Assembly: GCA_951406725.2 (NCBI GenBank)
Contig: OX597835.1
Span: 5,890,001-5,954,000, forward strand
Source: Octopus vulgaris
Taxonomy: Eukaryota
Reading direction: 5' to 3'
DNA: 64,000 bases
Each line of letters begins with the position of its first letter. Within the stretch, counting starts at the first letter, position 1. This document shows positions 40,150 through 53,406 of the stretch, in pieces. A program made the position numbers and the translations under genes. Below the pieces are notes generated by a model. That model had not been told where the DNA came from, did no database searches, and saw only the letters and a program-made list of their open reading frames with translations.

Positions 40150-40420
40150 AATTTATTATATAGAATCCGTTCTGTCTGTCTGTGTGTGTGTCTTCTAGGA
40201 TTTTGGGCATTCTCCATCCGATTGCGCTCAAATTTGATATGTAGATACCGTCGGTATCAGGGCGTATATATGTCTTGAAAAAATTACAAAAATCCATTCC
40301 AGGTGAGAATGCGATCGATAAAACCGTGGGAACGTGCATTTATACGCGCAAGTACATCAGCTGTTGCGATCGATAGTACGCGTACGTGAGAATAAGTCCA
40401 TCTGTATTTCTTCTTTTGCT
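40150..40420 (+). mobile_element. Probable Helitron-type non-autonomous fragment (5' piece also at about 39902-39960)
   Basis: atcc.ttctgtctgt..gtgtgtcttcta.ga.ttt shared by both sites. Confidence 0.4.
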
Positions 40421-40733
40421 GGTGTCTCAAATTTAGGTTAAATCAGTGTTTCTCAAAGGGGGGCTATGGGAGGGTCGGACAAGTTGTTTTGAGAAAATTT
40501 GGTTTAAATGTTTGACAACTCAGCACCGTCCATTGAACGGGGGTCGCGTTTTGCTCGTATATTAATAAAAGGAAAAACAATACAAAACACACTTTACACA
40601 GACATACAGACTCACACACACACACACACACACACATACACACACACACACACGCGCGCGGAGGAAGAGTATTTGAAGTGGATTACAGATATTGTATATT
40701 TAGAATAACAAGGTAGTCAGAATGTTGGATGTT

Positions 40734-40770
<37 letters not shown>

Positions 40771-40781
40771 ATGTCTGTATA

Positions 40782-40829
<48 letters not shown>

Positions 40830-40832
40830 CAC

Positions 40833-40864
<32 letters not shown>

Positions 40865-40869
40865 GTATT

Positions 40870-41720
40870 CTGTTTACATCTTATTTACATTTTTAGCGAT
40901 TTCTTCCGTTATCGGAATTATCAAAAAATGGTTCAACTTTATATTTCTTGGAGTTTTTATAAAGAATTTTCTCGGGTTTGCCAAGCAAGGGAGAAGAAAG
41001 GGGAAAAAATTTTTGAGAAGGAGGAGGAGGAGGTAAAGAGGCGTGGATTTTGTATGGCCAGACTTGTTTGATGAAGAAAAAAAGAAGTGAAAGGAAAAAG
41101 AATTTTTGTATTTGAATTCCTCCGTTTCTGGTTGGCTCGTTTGTTTTGAATATGTTTTAAAGGTCACATATTTTTCTTCACATATTTCTAAATGTCTCCT
41201 TTTTTTTTTCAAGCGTTTAATTTCGCTGAGAACTTCTTTATGAAGTGCAGCTCAATTGTTTTCCGGAAGTTTGGATCGTTCCTTGAGCATTTCAAATTTA
41301 CCCCGACATCCACTCCGAATCGCATAGAACTAAAAACCGATATTGAGAACATCAGCTGTCACTTCCGTCTTATAGAAATTCTTCGACAACAAGAAAGTAG
41401 AGGACGAATCAATTGTAGGAAAAAAACAAAAATCTCATTTCACACCTTACAAGGGGAGCGATAAACACCTAGATACATATATAGAAACAATCTCGAAATT
41501 CCCTCTCAGTACCCATAAAAGCAAACAGAACCTCCACGAAGGAGAAAAGGAAGATTTACAAAGACTAAGGAATGACAGTTCAATCATTCTAAAGGAAGCC
41601 AACAAGAGTGGGGCAATAAGCATCATGGATACAGACTACTACAAAGAAAAAAATACTAGGAATTTTAACAGATCAAACATACTATAAGGAAGAATAAAAA
41701 CACCTGGGAAATACCACACT
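40870..41720. mobile_element. Penelope-like retroelement relic: ORF N-terminal part on plus (41290-41720), inverted 3' end on minus (40870-41290)
   Basis: Plus: FTPTSTPNRIELKTDI.. and NLHEGEKEDLQRLRNDSSIILKEANKSGAISIMDTDYY (IKxADKG-like). Minus: KCSRNDPNFRKTIELHFIKKFSAKLNA-stop (GIY-YIG C-terminus-like) followed by a hammerhead. Confidence 0.82.
40888..40930 (-). ncRNA. Type I hammerhead, U3-A8 variant
   Basis: catttt-TTGATAA-ttccg ataa cggaa-GAAA-tcgc-TA-aaaatg; 6-bp stem I, 5-bp stem II. Confidence 0.7.
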
Positions 41721-41789
41721 GAAAAAAATCAGTTAATATCTGTTATCTTTTATATCCTAATTGTTTCAGTCTGCGAAGCCATTTAGCGG

Positions 41790-41881
41790 TTCTTGGGATA
41801 CCTTGTCCATGGACAAACAAACAAGAAAACAAACACAATTAAAACCAATACCTCCGCCTTCTCTGAGGCGGAGGTAATAAT
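41790..41881 (+). mobile_element. Helentron/HINE-like 3' end
   Basis: Terminal hairpin tacctccgcct..aggcggaggta preceded by (caaa)n. Confidence 0.5.
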
Positions 41882-41988
41882 TGTTTCTCTGGTATTAAAC
41901 CCTCTTTCATAAACGCCATGCTGGATCGTTAGCCCCTACACGCAATCTTTTTCTCACCTTGTTTCTCTCCTTGTTTCTTTTCTGTGTA

Positions 41989-42026
41989 TCTTTCTGTCGA
42001 AGAGCGTAGGCTCGAAACGTAAAAGA
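41989..42026 (+). ncRNA. Minimal hammerhead-like motif (A6U family) in repeat 41935-42122
   Basis: tcttt-CTGTCGA-a-gagc gtag gctc-GAAA-cg-TA-aaaga; stem III is the palindrome ACGT. Confidence 0.58.
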
Positions 42027-42365
42027 CTTGTTTTATTTCTATTCCTGAGCGCCATACTAATACAATCGTTTGTTTGTACTCCACCTGCCTTCGTCTTTTG
42101 TTTATTTTCGTAAACCTTCCTTTCATAAAGTACTACGATATAAGGAAGCGCTTAATCCTGGAATCGAACGCATGACCTCATGACTGAAAGCCCAACAGCC
42201 TAAACACTGATCCCCCACCTAGTCACTGTATCAAAATATGATGCACGGTAATAGGCTTCTGTATTTTTACAGATTAAAGATAGACTGATGTGAATACAGA
42301 CACACATACACACATTTACATATACATAAGTATGTGCATATATATATATATATATGTATATATAG

Positions 42366-42433
<68 letters not shown>

Positions 42434-42490
42434 CATTATTGGTGAATTGAAGAAATGGAGCTGAACGCAGATTGAACAGAAATCGTTTTA

Positions 42491-42577
42491 TTTCATTCTA
42501 CGTGTTTCGAAAGGCACAAATTACCAAAATCCGATTGAATAATGGGACCATATTGTGCCTTTCTCTTCAGGAAGAAA
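42491..42577 (-). ncRNA. Type I hammerhead ribozyme, canonical core
   Basis: tttcttc-CTGAAGA-gaaaggcacaa...ttgtgcctttc-GAAA-c ac g-TA-gaatgaaa; perfect 11-bp stem II with G10.1-C11.1; GUA site. Confidence 0.8.
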
Positions 42578-42679
42578 ATAGGAAATCCGTTGGAAAAACA
42601 AAAACAGAACAGAGGCGGAGCAAAAACAAATCGAACTATGCTCCTAAGAGCCCATGGCGAAACTGTTTATCAGTGTATA

Positions 42680-42772
<93 letters not shown>

Positions 42773-42945
42773 GGCGCAGGAGTGGGTGTGTGGTAAGTAG
42801 CTTGCTAACCAACCACATGGTTCCGGGTTCAGTCCAACTGCGTGGCATCTTGGGCAAGTGTCTTCTGGTATAGCCTCGGGCCGACCAATGCATTGTGAGT
42901 GGATTTGGTAGACGGAAACTGAAAGAAGCCTGTCGTATATATGTT

Positions 42946-42982
<37 letters not shown>

Positions 42983-43194
42983 TTGTGTGTCTGTGTTTGT
43001 TCCCCTAGCATTGCTTGACAAGCGATGCTGGTGTGTCTACGTCCCCGTCACTTAGCGGTTCGGCAAAAAGAGACCGATAGAATAAGTACTGGGCTTACAA
43101 AAAGAATAAGTCCCGGGGTCGAGTTGCTCGACTAAAGGTGGTGCTTCAGCATGGCCGCAGTCAAATGACTGAAACAAGTAAAAGAGTAAAAGAG
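42773..43194 (+). mobile_element. SINE-B, full length
   Basis: Closely matches 28810-29230. Confidence 0.92.
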
Positions 43195-43233
43195 TATTTA
43201 TATATATATATATATAGATATAGATATATAGAT

Positions 43234-43294
<61 letters not shown>

Positions 43295-43519
43295 CAGATA
43301 GATAGATAGATATAGATATAAAATACATAAACATATATGTATGCATTTGTATCCATGTATATATGTATTGTATGTATGTTTGTATATAAATACATATGTA
43401 TATTAAATCTTTCCTGTAATTTTTATGAAGCACTACGGGTCGTTGTGTATGAAGTAGCGTCGTTCTGTGAGTGATTGCGTGTGAGCGTGATTATCTAACA
43501 TTAATTCTCAGCAGTTGTG

Positions 43520-43593
<74 letters not shown>

Positions 43594-43602
43594 TGTGTGT
43601 GT

Positions 43603-43686
<84 letters not shown>

Positions 43687-44096
43687 CTTTGTGTGTGCTG
43701 AAGGTAATGACTACTCCGTTGCATTCGTGATTACGAAACATTAAAGCTAAGCCACTATTAAATAAGAATGTGAGAGAAGGTGAGGTAGAGATGAAGAAAG
43801 AACGAGCGAGAGTGAGAGAGAGAGAGATGGTGGGAGGAGAAAGAAGTAGTGGGAAAGAGAATTAGGAGCAATAGAATGGCATATATAAAACAAAGAGAGT
43901 AGAAGAAGGAGAAAGAAACGAAAGAAAGAAGAAAGGAGGAAAGAGATGCATAATTATTTCAAATAAAAGAGAAATAATTATGGGAGAGAGTGGGAGAGAC
44001 AAAGAGAGAGAGAAGGTGGGGGGGGAGACATGCGGCTTTCAATAAAAAAAATAATGGATAGAAGGGAGTGATTTCAAGTGAGAGATGACACAGGTT

Positions 44097-44962
<866 letters not shown>

Positions 44963-45315
44963 CCATTCATAGGAATGTGCATATGCATGTCTGTATATAT
45001 CATCTGTAACTTGGGTCTGTATTATTACATCGGTTCCAGAGCAATGCATATTTACGATTCTCTTTGTCCGTCCACAAACGTATCAACTGGGTTTTATTTC
45101 TATGTAAACCCGCCGACAAACGAAAACCTTTCCGCCCAGATATAGAATATGCTATCATATGTCTGTGGCCATATATGCATAACCCGCTGGCAGAAGATCT
45201 GCCTGGGGTTAAACTAGTATCATGGAACAGCCACTTTAATGTAGCGATTAATTTTACTTGTTTAGTATGGTTACCTCTCTGATCTCTTCTTGAGATTGTA
45301 CAACTAGCTATTTTG

Positions 45316-45381
<66 letters not shown>

Positions 45382-45508
45382 GTGTGTGTGTGTGTGTAAG
45401 TGTGTTCGTGTGTGTTTGTGTGTGTGTATAAATATAAAATGGGACAAGAACGCAAAACCTCCGGGAGGCTAGGTGATACAAAAAGGGACAGCAAAACATA
45501 TAACATAT

Positions 45509-45562
45509 AACAAAAACTGTCCGACGAACGGGAACGTGAAACTCAGAGTAACAGGTTTTGTT
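45509..45562 (+). ncRNA. Type I hammerhead, U4C variant
   Basis: aacaaaaactgt-CCGACGA-acg ggaa cgt-GAAA-ctc a gag-TA-acaggttttgtt; 12-bp stem I with one mismatch. Confidence 0.7.
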
Positions 45563-45578
45563 GAATTTTTGCTGCTTT

Positions 45579-45626
<48 letters not shown>

Positions 45627-45627
45627 T

Positions 45628-45790
45628 ACGACGGGCGTATTTCAGTTTCCGTCTACCAAATCCACTCACAAGGCATTGGTCGGCCCGAGGCTATAGTAGA
45701 ACACACTTGCCAAAGGTGCCATGCAGTGGCGCTGAACCCGGAACCATGTGGTTAGTAAGCAAGCTACTTACCACACAGCCACTCCCGCGC
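45628..45790 (-). mobile_element. SINE-B 5' half (a diverged plus-strand 5' half lies at 47158-47310)
   Basis: Reverse complement of the SINE-B head and CORE. Confidence 0.85.
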
Positions 45791-45944
45791 GATGATGAAT
45801 TAAATTTACAATCATTACTTTGGACCACCAAACCCCAGAAACAGATGATGGACTCCTAAAACCCTTATTCAACCATTTTAATTCTTGATATCATTCCTAT
45901 TCTGTGTAAGTCATCCTTTTTTATATGTAAACATATCTACATAA

Positions 45945-46176
45945 ACAATTGCAGCGTGGAAGGTGTTTGTAAGCCATTTAAGAAACACACAAAAGCCGTT
46001 CGATTCACTTCAACATTTAAGTTTAATTTGTCAAAATATTTTCGTCGCTAAAATCCGCGACCTGTTCACTGACAAAGTCCGTGCTGCACAGATGCAGCAC
46101 GGATTTTTGTTAGTGAACAGGTTTTCGTTTCAGCACACGATCTCAGATCAAATCACTTGCTATGCGAGTACATCTC
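45945..46176 (-). mobile_element. 232-bp non-coding insertion with 13-bp TSD carrying a hammerhead and a 29-bp hairpin
   Basis: CATATCTACATAA at 45932-45944 and 46177-46189; hairpin arms 46060-46088 and 46093-46122. Confidence 0.75.
46027..46076 (-). ncRNA. Type I hammerhead, G3-C8 variant
   Basis: tttgtca-GTGAACA-g-gtcgc ggatttta gcgac-GAAA-atat-TT-tgacaaa; 7-bp stem I, 5-bp stem II, palindromic stem III AATATT. Confidence 0.72.
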
Positions 46177-47784
46177 CATATCTACATAATTTGTATTAAA
46201 TATATTTAATAAGTTTTTTTTTTGTATAACGACTTACCTAAATTGCTTGTCCTTGCATTTACTCATATATATAGACATATAAGTTTCCAAAAGTCAGGAT
46301 TTGCTTAAGAAAATCTTCAAAATGTATCTTGTGATATTTTGAATGTTTTGTTTGTGCTTAACGGTGAATCAATTATTGTCTCCGCTTGAAAAGATGATGC
46401 TGATCTTGTTCTTTTAGAGTTGGTTGAGAGCTAGCTTGTCCCTGACAGGTCATCAGGGTCGTGTAACAAATGAAAATGTCATGCGATAAGTGAAAAAGGT
46501 CATGTGACAAGTGAAAACTCGTTCTAAGCTAATATTCTAAGAATTTTATATTAAGGGTTTTTAGGTCCAGTGCAAGGTTGCATGTACTTGTAGGTGTATA
46601 AGTGTGGGCACTTAAAGATTGGCCAATGATAAATAAATACACACACGCACACACACACACACACACACAAACAAACATATACACTCATTTTTACATGCGA
46701 ATGTATACTTCAAAGTATTTTTCGTTTTCTCTGATACTACGTTGTGATGTGAAAGAGATTTAGCTGCCATTACTGCCAGATACACCAACCGCATAGAGGC
46801 ACTAACCGCACAACTATTATACATAGTGTTACGATGTTTGTGGTGGTGGAGTAGTACTAGGTTTGTTGCCTCACTGTTGGATGCTATTTCTGTTTTAGTG
46901 TTCTCTGTTAATGGAGGCAGCGTTAGTCTGGCGTGAAGTGTGTAAAATTGTTCCACATCACGCCATGTTTGTTTTCATATTTTAAGATGTGTAACTTCCA
47001 ATTCGCTTCATACACACATACAGAGATTTTTGTGTATGGTTGCGTATGTGTGTGTGTGTATGCACAGACATAAAAAACATATATATTATATATGTATACA
47101 CACAAATAAAAACGTATATATATACATACATATATACATGCTTGCATAAATGCAAATGTGGCTGCGTAGTTAAGACACTTGTTTCTTGACCGTGGCTTTT
47201 TGTTCTCAGACCATTCTGTAGCGTTTTGGACAAGTGTCTTCCATTTACTACTATAAATCCGGACTGCCCAAAGCCTTTGGAGTGGATTTGGTGCTCAGAA
47301 ACTGAAAGATGCATGTTGTGTATGTGTGTATACACACAAACACACACACACACACACACATACACACACACATGCACGCACACAGAAGCATGCAGATAGA
47401 CACCCCTATATGCGCTCATCTACCAACATACATTTTCATCGTGTTGCTCCCCACAGAATATCTTCAGGTCGTCTCCTTCCAACCGACTGATATTTTTCTC
47501 AACAGCCATTGTCCCGACCTTCAGATAAATATTTTTTTCCCCATCTACCATAAATATTAAACTTTCTTTCCCTTCTGTTCACCCGATTCTCAAATTTATG
47601 TCCACAAATCGAAATTTCTCCTCCAATGGTTTATATTATAGTCTGACTTCTTTAATAATAGTTCTTTGATAATATATTCCAAATCTCCATCATGCCACTT
47701 TGCCAAACCACCATATCTTATGGGAGATGCATCTGGATGCCATTAGTTTTATATTTATTTTTGTTGCTGTTGCTGTTATTGCTG

Positions 47785-48020
47785 TCTTCTTCTTCTTCTT
47801 CTTCTTCTTCTTCTTCTTCTTCTTCTTCTTCTTCTTCTTCTTCTTCTTCTTCTTCTCTTCTTCTTCTTCTTCTTCTTCTTCTTCTTCTTCTTCTTCTTCT
47901 TCTTCTTCTTCTTGTCCTTCTTCTTCTTGTCCTTCTTCTTCTTCTCCTCCTTCTCTTCCTCCTCCTTTTCCTGATATTTTTTTCTACTCCACCTCCTCCT
48001 CCACCTCCTCTTCCTTTTTT
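47785..48020. repeat. (CTT)n / (CCT)n tract
   Basis: Directly visible. Confidence 0.95.
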
Positions 48021-48130
48021 TTCTTCACTATTGCATAACTCTTAAAGCAATATTATATTTTATCATTTGCTGTTGTTGTAGGATCATACATTTTTTCCCG
48101 TCAATTATGTTGAAATACATAGATACACAA

Positions 48131-48311
<181 letters not shown>

Positions 48312-49120
48312 CATATATATATATATAATATATATATATATATATTATATATATATATAATTATATATATGTATGTATATATTAGTGTATCATTTATATA
48401 TGTGTGTGTAATTACATATATATACATATATACAAACACATATGCATGTATACACATACATATATACATATATACACAGTTATATATCTATAAACGTGTA
48501 TGTGCATGTGTATGTATATGTGTGTGCGTGTTCGTATGTGCGTGTATTTGTCTGGAAACGATGCGTACAAGAAAAGTTCTGTTACACTTTACCGTTTCTT
48601 TTGTTTTTTTCTTTTTTCTTTGTTCTATTTTTCACCTCTTATTCCCCGTTCTCCTCTGCGGTCGTTGACTCAACGAGTGTTCGTTGCAATTATTAACAAG
48701 CTTATCTACTTTATTATTCCTATCGTGTTTGCTCAAACAATTGTCACGAAATTCTTGTTGTTGTGGCCGCTGTTAATGGTGGTCGTGGTGGTAGTGTTTA
48801 ACTCCAAATCAGCTCAGATCCAGCAGTCCTATCATCAGAGAAGGTTCTAATCACGAGCATTCAGTTCTTTTCCACACTTACGCAAAAAATATTTCGTAGC
48901 TCTCTGTTCTTGTTTTAAAACAACCGAGTGGTATTTGAGGGAAACTTAGCTGCTATTCCTAACAGGTCAATTTACCATTTGGTCTCTTCCACATTGGTTT
49001 GTATTTGTCCCTATTATCCATTTAACTTCTCTTTCTGTCATTGTTTTTTTGTAAATGCTTAGAACAACTGTTCTTTGAGTAATTCTTCACATTGATCGCA
49101 ATTTCTTTTCTTCAAATAAA

Positions 49121-49505
49121 TATAGGTGCTGGGTTCCACGATTCTAGGAGTTAGGTACCATGGTTATAGTGTCTGGGTACCTGGTTATAGAAGCTGGCTA
49201 TCACTATTACAGGAGCGGGATACTACGATAGGCATCACAGTGGCAAGTTTTGGGTACCACAGTTAAGACAGTTTGGTACCATTCTTGTAGGAGATGGGTA
49301 TCTCACTATAGTACTTGGGTACTACAGTGATAGGAGCTGGGTACCCGGTTATAGGAGATGGGTATCACGATTATAGGCGTTAGAAATTCATTGTAGGAGT
49401 TACGTATCACGGATATAGGAGTTGGGTACTTAATCTTACGTGTTGGGTACTATAATTATGAGAGTTGGATACAAAGGTGATAAGTTCCGCGTACCACGGT
49501 TATGG
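49121..49505. repeat. Degenerate 21-22 bp minisatellite
   Basis: Consensus about ATAGGAGCTGGGTACCACGGTT, roughly 17-18 copies. Confidence 0.8.
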
Positions 49506-50106
49506 AACATATATCGGCCCTTCTGTATCCATGCTAAAATGTGTTCTGCTTTTCACAAAAGACACAAATAATGAGAGAGCTTTTAAGAGAACGACTGACG
49601 TGTAGAAACAGCAGTTAAATGTACTCTAAAGCACATACTACGATCGTACGATAGGTTACATTTGATAAATACGAAGCCAATTCCATCATTGCGGTGGATG
49701 ATGTTGACCTAAGATATAGGAGATGAAACTAGGAATTATCACCATACCAAATATTGTAATATGTTTGTCGAAGAGATTTGTATAAGATTGCAGAATTTGA
49801 CCAACAGTGAACAAACAGGAAGCCTGTACATCATTGATTGGATTAACAGTCAGATGGCCTTCCAGCTACACTCTACAATGTTGGAAATAAAACATTGGCT
49901 AATGTAATCTGGGATACACTATCCCTCCACCCCCCACCCCACCCTAAAAAAAGATAGCATAATCACGGCTTCATTACACATGATCAATAGCTCTAATCAA
50001 TCAAGGTTGATCGATGGACGACAAAGTCATCATCGACAGAGTAAGAAAAAAAATTATATAACGTATCTAAATTCTTCTCTCACACTTTCTCTCTTCCTTT
50101 CTTCCC

Positions 50107-50176
<70 letters not shown>

Positions 50177-50284
50177 CCTGTTTGTCTGTATTAACAACAA
50201 AACCAAACAAGAAAAATAGCTTTTCATCAACAGGAAATACACACGCTGACATACATATACACATGCATAGATATAACGCTGTGG

Positions 50285-50357
<73 letters not shown>

Positions 50358-50407
50358 ATATATACATATATACATACATGCATACATACATACATATATA
50401 TATAGAT

Positions 50408-50502
<95 letters not shown>

Positions 50503-50603
50503 TAGATATATATAAGCGAGAAGAAAATAGTTGTAAATAACAAGGAGAAACTCGTTTTGGCTGGTATACCTTTAATTTAATTCAATTAACAAAGAAGAAG
50601 GTA

Positions 50604-50654
50604 GCATTTACGATCGTTTCAATTTACTAGTTTTAGTAAATATCTTCAGAATGC
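50604..50654 (-). ncRNA. Type I hammerhead ribozyme, canonical core, U.U at base of stem II
   Basis: gcatt-CTGAAGA-t atttacta aaac tagtaaat t-GAAA-c gatc g-TA-aatgc. Confidence 0.8.
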
Positions 50655-51313
50655 GAAAATAAATCGTTACATCGGCAATGGTAGTAAACTCAAATTTTGT
50701 TAGTCGTACACTATATTATGTTCATAAGTTGATTATTCCGCTGAGGATTGGATTTCATTGTAGTAGATTGGTTAGTTTAGTCACCAACGGAGCTGCAAAT
50801 GTAAAGTATAAAAATAGTCTTGAGCGCACAATGTTCATAATGGTCATGAATGGTCTTCCTCGGTTACGAGTGGACAACCATCATCGTGTGCGTGTGTGTG
50901 TGTGGGTGGGTGAGCGGTTGTGTATGTGTATATGTGTATGTATGTATGTATGTATATGTCTGTATGTATGTGTGTGCATATGTGTGTGTGTATGTATATG
51001 TCTGTATGTATGTGTGTATACGTATGTATGTGTGTATACGTATGTATGTGTCTATATCTATATATGTATGTATATGTCTGTATGTATGTGTGTATATGTA
51101 TGTATGTGTGTATATCTATATATGTGTGTATATGTATGTATATGTGTATGTGTGTATGTATGTATATGTCTGCATGTGTGTGTGTATATGTATGTATGTG
51201 TGTATATCTATATATGTGTGTATATGTATGTATATGTGTGTATGTGTGTATGTATGTGTGTATGTGTGTATGTATGTGTGTATATGTATGTGTGTGTATG
51301 TGTGTATGTATGT

Positions 51314-51438
<125 letters not shown>

Positions 51439-52284
51439 CAGACAAATATATGAGAAAATAAATAGGCTGACTTTTCTTACAATCTTTTCCACTTTAATGA
51501 TTAAATGTTTACAAATTTTATCGTTATAGATATTTCTAAAATCAAAATGTCTTCCTCTACCTCGATATAGTAACAACACAATAACGACCCAGCATGAAAC
51601 CCTCCACCCGGTCGTCCGCTCTGCTAGACGCTACATCCAAACGTTCCTCAAATTACGCGTTACTTTCTTTTACAGAAGGTAACAGAAGATTACATTGGAG
51701 CAGCACATTCGCAACCAAAGAAGAGCACAGCATGGATGGCTGAATTACATAAAGGGGTGGGTGAAGAGGATATCGTGGGAAATGTGAGGGATGAATGATT
51801 AAAAGGGAAAGATGAAAGGGGTTGTGGTCGTGTCCCTTGCTGTTCACACACGGCCTCGCAATGCAACTGGTTTTGATTGATGTTGCACAATATAGACCCT
51901 GATAGACAAAAACACAGAATGGCCACAGCTGGAAAATATTTCATTGATCAGAGATGAGCTATACAACAAAAAGTAAGGGGAAATTACATTACATCATAGC
52001 TTAATTCTTTACTCTTCCCCCGCCTTCTCCTTTTCTCTTACTCTCTCTCTCCACCCCCTCTCTCTCTCTCCCTCTTCTAATATACCTTCCAGTTTCTCAC
52101 TTTTATTTTGTCCCTTTTTTTCATATTCTCTTCTCTTTTCTTCTCTGTGTGCATCAACCGTTCTCTTTTATCTTTTCTATCGTAATAGCTTTTATATTTC
52201 AGCCTATCTATGTAGCTTTCAACACACACACACACACACATACACACACACATCTTCCAACGCACACGTATGTATATATATGTC

Positions 52285-52530
52285 TAGGGTATTAAGCTTA
52301 CGGTCATACAGTTGTTAGTTCGATTCCCGTCGGTGTATTGTGTCCTTGAGCAAGACACTTTATTTCACGTTGCATCAGTCCACTCAGTTGGCAAAAATGA
52401 GTAGTACCTGTAATTACCTGTAAGTACCTGTAATTCAGTGTCATGCCGAATCTCCCTGAGAATTACGTTAAATATACTCGTGTCTGGGGTGTGCTCAGCC
52501 ACTAGAACATTAATTTCACGAGGAGACTGG
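52285..52530 (+). mobile_element. SINE-C, tail type 1, diverged
   Basis: gttcgattccc..gtgtccttgagcaagacactttatttcacgttgc..gaatctccctgagaa. Confidence 0.8.
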
Positions 52531-52620
52531 TATCGAACTCACGACCATAGTTGTTTTGGATCTACCTCATAATGTCTCAGCTTTGTTAAAATAGAACAGA
52601 CATATTTCTGTTCTATTTTA

Positions 52621-52672
52621 ACAAAACTGTATCCGACGAACAGGAATGTGAAACTCTGAGTAACAGCTTTTT
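52621..52672 (+). ncRNA. Type I hammerhead, U4C family, second copy
   Basis: aaaactgt-at-CCGACGA-aca ggaa tgt-GAAA-ctc t gag-TA-acagctttt; preceded by a perfect 19-bp hairpin at 52582-52625. Confidence 0.6.
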
Positions 52673-52771
52673 TTATTATATTTCTGCTGCTTTTAAATAA
52701 AGCATATTACTCTACCTCTGGTATTGGAGTACTCTTTTTTCCACTTTGTTTCACATTTATGTGCTTACTCC

Positions 52772-52806
<35 letters not shown>

Positions 52807-52973
52807 AAATTTATATGCGATAATATAAAATTAATTATAATCGCTGGTGTACCAGTACACGCCATATATTTTCAATATATAATTACATTCAAGGCGAAAA
52901 ATGTGCACTAGGTACACAGTAGCTGGATAAATTTAGTGAGATGAAAATTAAAAACATTTACAAACTTAGCTTT

Positions 52974-53046
52974 TCTTATACTGCAGTTTCGCCAAATTCA
53001 GTAATAAAAATAATATTTATATGCTCGGACTGGCTCTTCAGTAAGA
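52974..53046 (-). ncRNA. Type I hammerhead ribozyme, canonical core
   Basis: tctta-CTGAAGA-gccag...ttggc-GAAA-c tgca g-TA-taaga; G10.1-C11.1; palindromic stem III ACTGCAGT. Confidence 0.82.
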
Positions 53047-53120
53047 TTCCGGTTAATTATGGGAAGACCATATCCATAGACCCATGTGCGCCTATCGAGA
53101 TGCTCTTTCTAAACTATTCA

Positions 53121-53185
<65 letters not shown>

Positions 53186-53245
53186 TACGTATGTATGTAT
53201 CTTTATAAGCACATAATACGTATGTATATATGCATAACATAGATA

Positions 53246-53322
<77 letters not shown>

Positions 53323-53323
53323 G

Positions 53324-53406
<83 letters not shown>

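Noticed and set aside
42155-42218. tRNA-like sequence on minus (also the SINE heads at 4020-4088, 21984-22055 and 55739-55810)
   Set aside because: A/B boxes are present but I could not build a complete cloverleaf; these are SINE heads.
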